The notes below the pieces were generated by a model that worked only from the letters and a program-made list of their open reading frames with translations, was not told the DNA's origin and searched no databases. DNA of 64,000 bases, taken from positions 31,558,001 through 31,622,000 of the forward strand of contig NC_045138.2 in the NCBI RefSeq assembly GCF_008831285.2, read 5' to 3'. This document shows, one piece after another, positions 40,313 through 52,536 of this stretch (position 1 is the first letter of the stretch; the number at the start of each line of letters is the position of its first letter). Source of the stretch: Nymphaea colorata (lineage: Eukaryota). A program made the position numbers and the translations under genes.

Positions 40313-42004
40313 GGAAAGGAGTTTCGACCTCTTCAAGGTATCTTCCCTAACTGCAGCCATATATGGTTATTATTATACAAAGCCGTGGCTAAGCTTCTAT
40401 CAAATCTAATAAAAGATAACCAGCCAACCAAAGCTACCCTCATGCCATATTTAGGCACGTTGAATTACATTTCAGGATCTTCTGCTGTTCCTGTCACAAG
40501 TCTCAAGTCGACTTAAAGATGTTTCCTTATTAACAAAATCCTAAAAACATGTCTGCATATAATTGAGATCTACGATTTCCCTGTGTTTACCTGTTGCTTC
40601 TACTGGGGTTTTGCTGAGAACCATGGAGAATTCTTCACTCCAAGTGGGTCTGAAGCACCTGTATTTACATCAGCAAGGGAAAATCTAAGTCTTCATAAAT
40701 CATCTTTCTGATATAGTAATTAGACTTTTCTACGCACCTGCAATTCGGTTTCAGATAAAAAGGAATAAAAAGAAATCACCTGCAATGGTCTAATTAATTG
40801 GACTTTTTCATATTGTTGCATGGCCACTAAGGCTTTTCCCGAAAAACTGCAAAAAAGTGATTTACTGAATCGAATCTAGATATTTATGCATTTGACAGAA
40901 AAAGTAGGTCATCGTTAATGCACCTGTGCCACAAGGGCCCAAATAAGAAGGAAAGGATATTGAAACTCTAGCTATAAATGAATGGCTGGTCTTAAACTGC
41001 CGCTGGTTTTCTGTTCATTTCACACTCATTTGACTGAAAACAATAGCTGTTCGTCCCACAAATAGTTGAAGCCCCACATCCCACTTTTCCTACTAAATGA
41101 GCTGTCTATCTTGTGTCTGCAACTTGAAGGTTCTTGTTCATTGTGTCAATGAGAGCATAATCTTAGCGTTGAAATCAGGTCTTTGGATAGATAAATTACT
41201 GTATTCATATATGGTAGCAGGTTTTAAAGAGCTCACACAAATTTAAATTTAGCTGGTAAATTTTTATAAGCTTTTTGGGTGAGTGAGAGATTTAAAGCCC
41301 TTCCATTCCTTTTACCTGTGGAGTCTTCGAGCTATGGTCGCATCAGCAATGGCAGCCACCATGCACCTTCAATTTTCAATATTTTAGCGCAAATTGGTAT
41401 CCAATTGGGTGAACTTATTGTCAACTGTCGGCCATGGCTGCTTTTTGTATTTATTGCTGGAAAAGGTGCAGTTTGGACTCGTGCTAGTTGACAGCTTCTT
41501 CCTCTTCACCGATATCATGACACAGCGCCTCTGCTTTCGCTTTCATTCTTTTCCTTCTTTCTTTGGTTAATTCATTGTGTGAATTCTGTGGTCGCCTGTT
41601 CGCGGAAAAACCCTTCACAGAAATGAAAATGTCATGGCCTACGTATTGCATGTGAAGGTCCGTTTCCTCTGGAAAATCGTCGCCATGAGCTCCGTCTCAA
41701 TGAATTTGACAAAACAAACATGATGAGATCGCCTCGGCCACTTACCAGTTACCACACTCCAAGTATTTTTTAGAGAAATTTACAAAATTACATATTAGCA
41801 CCTCAACCTTCGCTTTATTTACAAAGAGCTGCCTTCAACATTCATAAAATTTAGTGTACACAGGGTTTAATCTCCCTTGTTGGTTGTTTGGAAAGACGGA
41901 ACTTGAAAGAAAATAAAATGGGGGTTTTCTTTTTGTTCAGGATGTTACATTGTCCACAGTGGATGTGGTTTCATAGAAATCGCACCGCTGATTCAATTTT
42001 CATG

Positions 42005-42106
42005 AGTGCTACTTGCCAAGATTGTAAACGATCGCGATACTTTAGTTGATGAGTATAGTGCTACTTGCCTAGATTGTAAACTATCACGATACTTTAGTTG
42101 ATGAGT
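42005..42106. repeat. 52-bp tandem duplication
   Basis: agtgctacttgcc(a/t)agattgtaaac...gatactttagttgatgagt present twice. Confidence 0.85.
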
Positions 42107-43410
42107 GCACCGTACCTTGAGGTTCATGTTCAACCCGAAACCTCTTGCTTACCTAAAACTATTTCATGTGGGGTAAAGTAGAGGTGGCATTTGTAAATAC
42201 TCAAACAAAAGACCGTTTTTAGTCATTGTAAGTCTATGCTCATCAATTATTTATTCATCGATCACCCCAGGAACGTAAATGGCAGCGTTTTCTAGGATAT
42301 GAATAGCAAGAGCAATTAAAAAAACAAATCGTAAGTCGCGTAGCCAATCTTCATGAAGTCGAACTGTATACGTTAACTGTTACTTAGGCCTTGTAAAGTT
42401 CTTCTTACGAATCATCACTGAGCCTGCCGTTAAGTCTTTGTTTCCTGACTAAGTTACTTCCAGACCTTAGCTTGAGCTAGCTTACCAATTTCCTAGAGTT
42501 TTACATGATCGAGTTGCGTGCCACTTCGGTATAGGCATAAGCATGCACTAAACATTAAAAGACTGGGGGTTGAAGTATTTTTGTATTTTTTTATAAAATA
42601 ATATACATTTTAGACTTTTCAATATTTTTACCATCTTCCTTTACCCTTTTAAAAAGTTTCTTTTTTTTTTTTTTTTTTTTAACCTTGGTCATTGTACACT
42701 CCATTGTACAATTTTTAGTGCAGAGGGATGTGCCCACAGCATGGGACCAAAGTTATTTGGGCTATGTTCAAACCTGTCCAATGGTGACATATAAATATGT
42801 CGTTGGTCTTTAATTTTTTACATATGAATTCCTTATAGGGCTTGTTTGCATGGAGGAAAAGAAAAAAAAAAAAAAGGGGAAAGGATAGTCAATCATGAGT
42901 TTGGTTGGTTAATTGAAAATAATAAGAATGAAAAAAAAAATTGCAAAATGAAACGAAAATAATAACTCAAGGTAAATCCAATAACTCCTTTAAAATTGCA
43001 GAGATTGAAATAAAATGAAAAAGGGTTGCTCATTTCTTTTTCTTTTCTTTTTATCCAAGCTTTATAATCATTTTTTTCTTCTCCTCTCGTTTCCTTCTCA
43101 TTTTTCTTTCCTTTCTTTTTTTTCCTTTTCATTTCATCCTTTCCTTTAAATTCAATGTATACAATAATAGTGTTCATTGTCCACCACTGCTGCTGCCTCC
43201 ACTGCGCGTATCTCGGTAACCATGAAAATTTTGTCAGCCTGCCTCCACCTAACGTCATCTACAGTATGACTGTAACTGCTTTCTGCTTATATAAGTCCCA
43301 TTCCATTAGCCCACTTTCTTCCACAAGACACCTTTAGAAATTCCCATCTATCCCTCCACATATATTTGCTCTTCTTCCTCTTTTCTTCTTCCTCCCTTTT
43401 TCTTGTAAAG

Positions 43411-44708
43411 ATGGTGAGGCAGGGGGCTTCAGGCGATGCCTTGTTATCTGACGTGACAATAATGGGTAGCGCAGGCAGCAAGAAGACGATCATTCTCTCC
43501 CATGGTTATGGAGGAGAACAGTCTGTCTGGCGCCACCTTGTTCCCTGGCTGCTTGTTCATGGTCACAGGGTGGTGACCTTCGACTTGGTCTTCTCTGCTG
43601 CGTCCTCCTTTGAGGACTATGCAGACGGCCTGATCTCTCTTATGGACGAACTTGATATAAAGAGCTCCTTCTTTCTCGGCCACTCCATGTCGGCCATGAT
43701 TGGTTGCAAGGCCGCCGTCAAGAGGCCGGAGCTCTTCCGCCATCTGATCTTCCTCTGTGGTTCTCCCAGGTGAGCTTGGTTTCTGTTCTAGTATTCTTCT
43801 TTCAAGCGCATAAGAACAAGTGGCATCAGCACCAGCATAATCATCTTTTGCTTAGGCTCTGGTATTGTCCTTCCTTTTTTAATGGCTCTGTTATCCTTCT
43901 TACATGTTCCTTTCGAGTGGTTTCCCTTTTTTTTTTTTTACCCAATTTAGTTACAACAAATCTTTAGCACAGTGGGTCAGCTTCTCAATTTTCTTTCGTT
44001 TAACATTTGCCTTGTTATACATGTAAGTACCCCATTAAGTATGAAAACCTGTAAATCAGTGCCCCTCCAAAAATTTTTTGTGGTTCTGTCACTGTTTTAG
44101 CGAAAAGAAACTGCTTCAGTGAAAAGAAGAAATCTTTTTGCTTTTAATTTCTCAACTTTCTTTCTCCTGGGAACAAGTTGACTCCATGTTTCTCTTTCTC
44201 TCCCCAGTTTTACTATTGACGCTCTCTGTTCATCCATTCTTCTCTCTATCTCTTTCTCAGGTATTTAAATGCTACCAATTATGAAGGAGGATTTGAGCTG
44301 TCCGCAATTGAAGAGATGTTGGCCAACATGGAGAAAGATTTCTATTCATGGACTCTGGCTTTTGCTCCCGCTGCCTTAGGAACCCAAGACCCAAAACTCT
44401 GCAAAGAATTTCAGAGCAGTTTGTTGAGGATGAATCCTGAAGAAGCCATTCCTTTGCTAAGAACTATATTTCTAACTGATAACAGGGAAGTTCTGCAGAA
44501 GGTGTTGGTTCCTTCCACGATCATACAGACCCAAAAGGACATGGTGGTTCCTCTCCCTGTTGCCCAGTATCTCCATGAAAAGCTTGGTGGGGAGAGTTCA
44601 GTTGTGATCATCCCGGTCGATGGACACACGCCCCAACTCACAGCCCCAAAGTTGCTCATTAATGCTCTTGAGAAGGCATTAGAATATGAAAGTCCTTGTT
44701 CAGTTTAA
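43411..44708 (+). CDS. KAI2/D14-family alpha/beta-hydrolase, DLK2/DLK23-like, copy B, 268 aa; exons 43411-43769 and 44261-44708
   Basis: HGYGGEQSVW, GHSMSAM, SPR|YLN intron (GT-AG), YEGGFE, KDMVVP, GHTPQL. Exon 1 coding length (359 nt) is identical to copy A. TATATAA at 43288-43294. Confidence 0.9.
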
Positions 44709-46812
44709 GTAGTTAATTTAAAGTGTATAAGTAATCATTAAACTATATTTTGTATGGTCCTGTGTAGATGCTGCTCCCTTTAGCTGTTAGTGTCGACGAT
44801 TTCACTTGCTTAGCTTTTCAGGACATCAACCAAGATGTAGCCTTTTAATTCTTTTTTAATTTGTTCACATGCAGCAGAGAAATCAGTCTTTAGTGTTGCA
44901 AAGTTCAACTACTTTAAAAGATCATAAGCAAATAAGCTTAAGGCAAGTCACATAGGCAAGGGTGTGGTACAGTAGAAAAAAGTGTGCAAAATTCCGCGAA
45001 AAAAAAAGTAAATTTTGAACAAAATGCACATTATTTGGTTAGAAATTTAAAACAGAACAATACTTATAGTTAAAGATATAAAATTTACATCTTACAAGTT
45101 ACAAACCATATGTCTATAACCTAAGCAAGAGGGCAGACCGGCAGATTTTGAAGAAATGACAGATTCTGAAGAAATGGCGGATTAAATAGAAAATAGACAG
45201 AGCCGCAGGAGGCAGCTGCTAAACAGAAACATTATCAACGCAGGGAGATAAATAAATGAACCCCAAAATCATCAAATACATGTAAAGCATAAATAAACAA
45301 AACTAGCAAAAATACAGTAGTGCAAAACCTAAATCATAAAAAAGGAAAAAAAATCAAACACTAGTACTAACAAAGGAAACACAAAAGAAAAGGGGAAACA
45401 ACATAAGAAAAACAGGAATGAAAAAGGGAGAACCAACATATGGCAAACAAAAAAAAAAACAGTGCAAAAACCCCAAAAAACAGAGTCAATGAAAAACATT
45501 ATAAAAAAAAAAAAACAAAAACAAACTTATGCCGCCGGTGACGCTGAAGACTGTCGCCGTTTGTCATCAGTCACCTCCGGCTGGCTAAGCTCCCCACTAC
45601 TGCCATCTGCTTTTTGTGTTATCTTGAGGCTGAAGAAGACACCTTGAGATGCACCGATGGAGGGGCACTTGTTTAAACAAACTCAAATTTGATCGGGCAC
45701 TTTTATATATATATATATATATATATAGATATATATATATATAATCTTATGGGGTTATAATATTAGAAACTCCAATAAAACTCAAACACAACTTCTTTTC
45801 TATGTGTTTGCCCTTTAGTTATTTTCAAGTTCCTAATGTCACAATGCCCGACAAAGACTCTTCCAGAGAATATTCCATGGATCTGTTTTCGCATCAAACC
45901 TGCCGGAGGAGCCCCCCATGAATACGATGGGTCTGTTTCATTAATTTGGGCTTATACATGGCTTTATGGGTGAGAACAAAAGATCCAGTTTCTAATTTTG
46001 AAGACAGAAGAGAGAAGTGCCACTGTCGTTTGATTCAGTACTTTGACTAAGTGTAGATCCGGAGGAAATTAAGGGATGATTAAAAGCATGAAATATTTGG
46101 GGAAGTCATTATTTTTTAAGGAATATTAGGCGCAAAAGGTTTACTATAAAACGTTAACTAATTGACGGCTGAACCAACATTTTTCATGTGAATATTATGC
46201 CACATTTAGGATGAATTTTGCCTTTTCTATGTGCTAAGTAGATGCACTGCTCTGTACCGGTCTAATAAAAGCTAATTCACTAGATTTGCCAGTTTATAAA
46301 GTATTCGCCATTAGTGAAGTGGGGCTGCTTACTTTCTAGATCTTCGACGACTGGCTGAGGGATGGGAGGTTCGCCTGGGCCATGGCCTCACCCCAGCGAA
46401 TTGAAAAAATATATATATTACATTGAAAAAATTAAAAATTTTTAGTTGCGTCATGTATTGTTTAGATTCGGGTTCAGTTTGGCCCACACAGATCCAAAGG
46501 TTGGACTGTTTGGCCTCATGGCTCAACTCCTGCAGAGGATTGATATTTTTGCTTATTGATATTTTCCAGTTGTCCGTTGTCAAATGAATCAGATAGGAAC
46601 CTAACATTGATGACATTTCTAAAGTGTTTTTTTTTTTTTTTTGCTGTTGATTGTGTTGATTGAAAGAAATAAGGGTTCCTGTAGATGATCAAGGCAAAAG
46701 GAAAAGAATTTAAATATGGAATATTCTTATTCCCACTAAGGCAAATAGAAGCCTTAAGGGGCGTTTGTCAACAACAATGTTAACAGAGTATTCATGAGTC
46801 TATCCTTATCTA

Positions 46813-46922
46813 TCCTGATCTTTGAGACAGATTCATATTCATCATAAAATATTATGTTATTGTTTTTTCCTGATCTTTGAGACAAATTCATATTCATCAT
46901 CAAATATTATGTTAGTGTTTTT
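46813..46922. repeat. ~55-bp tandem duplication
   Basis: tcctgatctttgagaca(g/a)attcatattcatcat.aaatattatgtta.tgttttt present twice. Confidence 0.85.
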
Positions 46923-47388
46923 TAAATAGATTAATTCATAGAACACAGTGTGTGTTCCTATTGTCATGCAAACCCCAATGATATGAATCTTTGGGTCCTT
47001 AATAATGAAAATGCCCCTCGCCAATAATAAAAAATAACAACCACAGATAAGGACAAAGAAAAAATATATATTTTGAGAATAATACAAAGAAGCATACAGA
47101 AAGACACAAATGCCCCTCACACGCCCACGTCGCCCCTCCAAGGGACTTAATGGTGACGGCGCTCTGACCCCAATAATAGTGTAAAATTCTAAAGCAAAAA
47201 GGTCTGCGTACTAATTCAAGAACCTTCACTCAAGTAAACATGGTCATGTTTTTGTACTGAACCAGACTCCACAGCACATAGCCATGTGCTTTGTCTTACT
47301 GCAGGTTGAGGATGAAATTAACTCAAACTAATTGTAGTGGCCTTAAGTATTGGTTGGTAGCTAAGAAAGACAAGCCTTGACTTCAATT

Positions 47389-47658
47389 CTAAGTCACACA
47401 GGTGCACCCGTGTCGACTCAGGTGTGGGTGCGGGTGCCGCTGACCGCACCGGTTTTCTCTTTTTTTTTTCATTTTTTTCCTTCTCCTATCTTTCTTCTTT
47501 TTTTCCTTTTTTGATCTCTTCTTTTCTATTTTATTCAATAAAACTTGAATTTTGTATGACATTAAGATTATCTTGATAAAAAAAATTAAGTATGGACAAA
47601 TAAAATTGTTTATATATATACATATATATATAACACCCACGTACCTCATGTGACATAG
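47389..47658. mobile_element. hAT-type MITE, same family as 60136-60505
   Basis: ctaagtcaca...tgtgacatag, TSD cttcaatt/cttcattt, shared cgtgtcgac/gggtgc subterminal motifs. Confidence 0.75.
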
Positions 47659-47958
47659 CTTCATTTAATACGTTTTATATGGCGTTTGATGCCTTCTTAA
47701 ACGAAACGGCAAGGAAAGGCACGGTTTGGAATCGTCTGCTAAAGGTTGGTGGGCAGTAGCTTTATATCTGTCATGGCAGACTTTTTGGACTAGCCATGGT
47801 TATGGGTCGGATTGAACCTATTAATGAAGGAGTCCAAACAGAACAATTCAGTGGATAGATAGATAGCACCACACGCCAGTCCATCCCAGACTTAATGCCA
47901 AAGATTGGGGAATTTAGTCAATTTTATTAATGATGTCCTAAACTCTAGATTATATCCA

Positions 47959-48429
47959 TGTAGCATATCTTAAAAGTTTAGTGACATGTTTAAAATAGTG
48001 AGAGATCTTGAGGAACTCATAAAAAGATTGTTAAAGTGATTGGTTGTTTTGGTTCTTAGTATTTTTTTTTTGTTTAAATTGAAGCTACTAAGGGGCAGAT
48101 TGGGATACATCGAAGTAACGGTCTAATCCCAATATAGAAATGAATTTGGTCGTTACAGTGGTATCAGAGTACAGTTCAACACTCGACATAGAGCCGCACA
48201 CATATGGACATGTGTGTCTTAAAGGAAAGTTTATTATGACACCTTAAAAGTTTAATCTTATATCTAATATTGTAAGAGATTTTAAGAGACTTATAAAGAG
48301 AGTTGTTAAAGTGATTGATTATCTTGGTTTCTATCCTTTTTGGACTGAAACCGAAGCTGCTAGGTGGTGGTTGAGGATCCGTCGAACTAGGAACTTGAAT
48401 TCAAAGCAAAAGTGGGTTGGGTCGTTACA
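47959..48429 (+). mobile_element. TRIM (miniature LTR retroelement), degenerate
   Basis: Two ~195-bp direct repeats (47959-48157, ~48235-48429), both ending gtcgttaca. PBS tggtatcagag (tRNA-iMet type) at 48159-48169, and a purine tract before the second repeat. No TSD seen. Confidence 0.8.
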
Positions 48430-50031
48430 GTGTATGTATCATGTATTGTGTATAAAAGCAATAATCTCTTTAAGGCATGTATCATTCATGTATTGTGTAT
48501 AAAAGCAATAATCTCTTTAAGGTATTAGAACAGGACCAATTGCTAGATGTTCTATCAGATATAGAATTTTACCCCTTGGTGCATTGTTTCATTTCAAGGT
48601 TGCACCAAACACTAGACAATGATTGATTTCAGAACTTTTCAACTGTTAAACTTCAAAGGTACTCACTTATAATATTCTAACTGTAGGCAACTAACAAACA
48701 GCCAAAGATCAAGATTCCTTTCATAAATTTGGTATGTTTTAAGAACATTATGTTCCTGATGTAAGAAACATGATGCGATTATGCATGGTATTCGATCGCT
48801 ATATTTAGAAATAATATTCATAATCACACATGCAATTTCTTGAAATTATTTAAACCATGCAATCCAAGAATGGAGTGTAATTCGCGTCAGATGCCATGCA
48901 CCAATGGGTCCTAAGAGTTGTGGCAGTAGTTCACTCTAGTGTTATAGACAAAAGAAGCAGATATAAAAACAAAAAAAAAATTGTACATATAAAGTTTAAA
49001 AGTTTTAGTTTAACCTATATAAAAATTTTGAAAAATTATATTTTAGCCCTTGTTAAAATTTGAAACTATAATTTTACATATTTGATGAAGCTTTTCCCTT
49101 GGGAACAGCTGTGTGAAAATTTTGAGACTCTAGTTCGATCTATACGATAAAAAATTCCAAACTCCACCCTTAATTGGAAGGGTTGTAACCTCTCGTTTTT
49201 ATGGTTGGACAAGTCATGGCAGTAGTTGCATGCCATTTACTTGAAGAAGGCGCACATCACTGCCAACGATCAAATCAGGCCGCCTGTAAGTCCACTTGTT
49301 TATTTTACCAACCAAAACCTCAATATCTTTATCCCCGAGAGGGTTGATGTAATGGATGGGGCGGGGCTGGTAGGCGGCCACATTCCATTTTGAACTTCAC
49401 TAGTATGAGCTTTGTAAGCTGTAAAAATGGATCTGTGGCACAGATATGCAAGTTAAAGTATGCAAGTTAAGGTATAGTGGGGGTGTCACCTTGAAGCACT
49501 GAAAACACCTTTAAACCATAAAGGAATGATGCAAAGTGGAAGGCTTGGATCTTCACTCGAGCAGTATCTCATCCCGGTCTTCACGCTTTGCCATCCCTCT
49601 GTCGTATTCTGCCTACTTTTTATTGACCACCAATTTCTTTTCTTTTCTTTTCCTTAATTTTTTTTATTTTATAAATGCCGTTACTATTTGTGTTGCCAAT
49701 AAATAATTACATACATGTGTTATCTGGCACATATGAACAACATAGATATATTCTTCGGCCGCATCACTTTTTTCTTGTCCTTGTGGAAAGATAAAGAAAA
49801 TGCCAAGCAGACCAGTTCAGTCAATGATCAATTGCAGAAAATCCATTAATTTTAGACAAAGTTTCTTTCAATTGAACGCTGGAAGACCTTTAACTTCAAG
49901 TCAACTTAAAGCATTCCTTTATAAAAGCAAACACAAAATTGTTGAGAAAATTAACAGGAATTTATAGCAGCAAACTGAAAGGGTCAGCACTTATATGCAG
50001 TCTAAGGAGAGCTTTGCTGAATTGCCGCCAG

Positions 50032-50156
50032 TAAGCCTGTGTATCGGGCTCGAGTACCAGGTACCCGGCTTGATCGGGCCTGGGCTCGGGGCTTCAGGCA
50101 TCAGGCCGAGCCTGGGCTCGGGTTTCGGGCATCGGGCCAGCCAGATGCCCAGCCTA
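50032..50156. mobile_element. Short hAT-type MITE, GGGCATCGGGC family
   Basis: taagcctgtgtatcgggc...gatgcccagccta, TSD gccgccag/gctgccag. Confidence 0.75.
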
Positions 50157-52492
50157 GCTGCCAGGCAGGGGCAGAGGGAGGTATGGTTTACTTGTAGACA
50201 TTTTCGCATACAAAGCAAAAAAAAAAAAAACTTTATATTTTCATATTGATATTTTTTGACCAAATTTTCTCATTTACATATCGATGTTCTTTAAAAATTA
50301 AAAAATTTACGTGGTCATTAGTTCAAACCTCATCATCTCATCTTTCAAAAATTATAAAAACAGAGGTTATGGTTGAGAGGAGGGATGTGAACGGTTCATA
50401 TTCGGATCGAAACCAGCTTATGCTTAATTCGGGACTTCATGAATATTTTTAAAGCCAAAATATGTTTGCATGTAATAGATCAGCTGGTTCATTATTATAA
50501 GGTCCCAGTTTGATAGGGGCGGCGAGAGTCAAATTCAATTTCAATTATGAAGGTACATACTGATTTTGAATCCAATTAATATTAAGATCTGAATTTCTGT
50601 AATCAGATACAGAATCATGAGATGGGCTAATCAAATACATCACATCCATTAACATCCCTAACCTTGAAGCTTAATTTGCACCTATTAAGAAGATTATATG
50701 TAAGAGAGAAAGGAAGAAAATTGTATTTCTATAAGATACATATGTTACAAAGACACCACCTTTGAGTTTTGGGAAATATGATATAATTGAGTACAATGTT
50801 GTTTTTATTCTTCACAATCTAACCTAGATGTAATTATAATGTGTTCTTTGGAACAAGAGCATGATAATTTTGGAATATGTATTCTAGGTTCACGATTCTA
50901 TCAAACACACTTTAAAGTGCAACAGGTCAATGTTTTCCGTTCACTGGGAAAAGAAATCATACTGGTTATATTTCTTTTTTCTCCTTTGCTAAACTTAATC
51001 CATCATCCAAACTTCAACCACCAGTGAGAAAAATCCCTCGGCTGTTAGGAAAAAGGAGTACCAAATACAAGCAGAATTCTAGGTGAGCGAGAAGGTTATC
51101 TCACCGCTCAGACAAGAGTTGAAGCCCCCTTCTTTCCCTTGCCACATGGTCCATGGCTGCAGCAGTACCAAGCAATACGATCGCTATGTGCTTCAACTTA
51201 CATGTGGGACACACGCAGGGGCGGAGCCAGAATTTTTTTTGTCGCAGAAGCCAAACTATAGTTTCAAAAATTTTAACAGGAAACGAAATAGAAATTTTCA
51301 AAATGTATATTAAACTAATTTTTTTTAAGTTCACATATAAATTTTCAAAGTTTTTAAAATCTGTGGAGGGGAGCCGGCCTCCCTTCCCTCCGCTCCCAAA
51401 CGCACCATTTCACGGTACAAAGAGCACAGTCAGATTTTGATTTGGAGATGCACCTTAAACGTGCTCCCAAGCCTCCTCATTTGTGCTATGCCCTTCGGGA
51501 CCAAACACAAGCAAAGTTAAATATTCAGAATTTGTGCACAATTCATACATTTTCTTGCAAACACGAGGAAACAAAATGCTTTTCGTATGTGTGAAAAATG
51601 CACCGTCGTCGTCGGCTGATGACTCTTCTTCTTGTGTTTCTTCTTCTTCTTGTGTTTCTTCGTTGTCGCCATTAATTTCGATTGCAGTCAACATGGGACC
51701 TCATAAAAAAGGAGCAGGCAAGCATGCAGCTGTTCTTGACTTGACACCACATACATATTAACGTTAAACTTTTGTATAAAAAGGCAATGTAAAGGAGAGG
51801 GGATCAGCTTGTTTTATAAAATTATATTCATCATTGAGGGGACCCAAGGGCTGAGTAATCATAGTCATTAGGCCCATAATGTATTTATTTTGCTTTTGAT
51901 TTTGTGATCACCAAGATCATGCATGTGTGGATGGATGTGCACAAGAGCTTGTACCCTCGTTCATGCATTCCATCACGGTTACGAGTTGTTTTGTCACTGT
52001 TCCATGAATCTGTCTCAAATTGGGTTCCACAATTTCGTGAATCTGCTTAATTTCTTGGGCATATTCAAGGAATAATAACGAACTATTACCAAACGGCTTC
52101 TTTGGATTATTCATGATAATGGAGTGTGATCCCCTTGTCTATTTCTCATATTTGAAACTCAAGAATATGGAGCTTTTACGATCTACCCCAGACGAACTTC
52201 TACTAGTTAAATCACCAACCCTTGCCCTCGTAAAGCTTAAGAAGCTAGATTCGTGCATTTTCCTTCCAGATAAGGTAGCCACTTCTGCGATCACTTGCAT
52301 TAAAAATAGCCATTGAAAGCCTTAAAAATGGCTTTTTTTTTTCAGAGTGTGAACTCTGAAATACTCATCAATACTCATCAAAGGGTTCAAATGGTTTCTT
52401 TTAAGAAATTTTTTCTCTACCCTTTTCAAGGTATTTCGATAACAGTTTGGTTTGTATATTTGTACTTTAATCTTTACCATTTGATCTTGTTT

Positions 52493-52536
<44 letters not shown>

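Noticed and set aside
41772..42202. Possible MULE with gagaaatttacaaa / tttgtaaatactc termini
   Set aside because: The inverted match is short and no 9-11-bp TSD was found.
2217..44708. Functional clustering of VIL1, VPS55, HCF101 and the hydrolases as one system
   Set aside because: Unrelated pathways; ordinary gene neighbourhood.
46001..46030. gacagaagagag resembling miR156/miR529
   Set aside because: Only a 12-nt match, and no complementary star arm was seen nearby.
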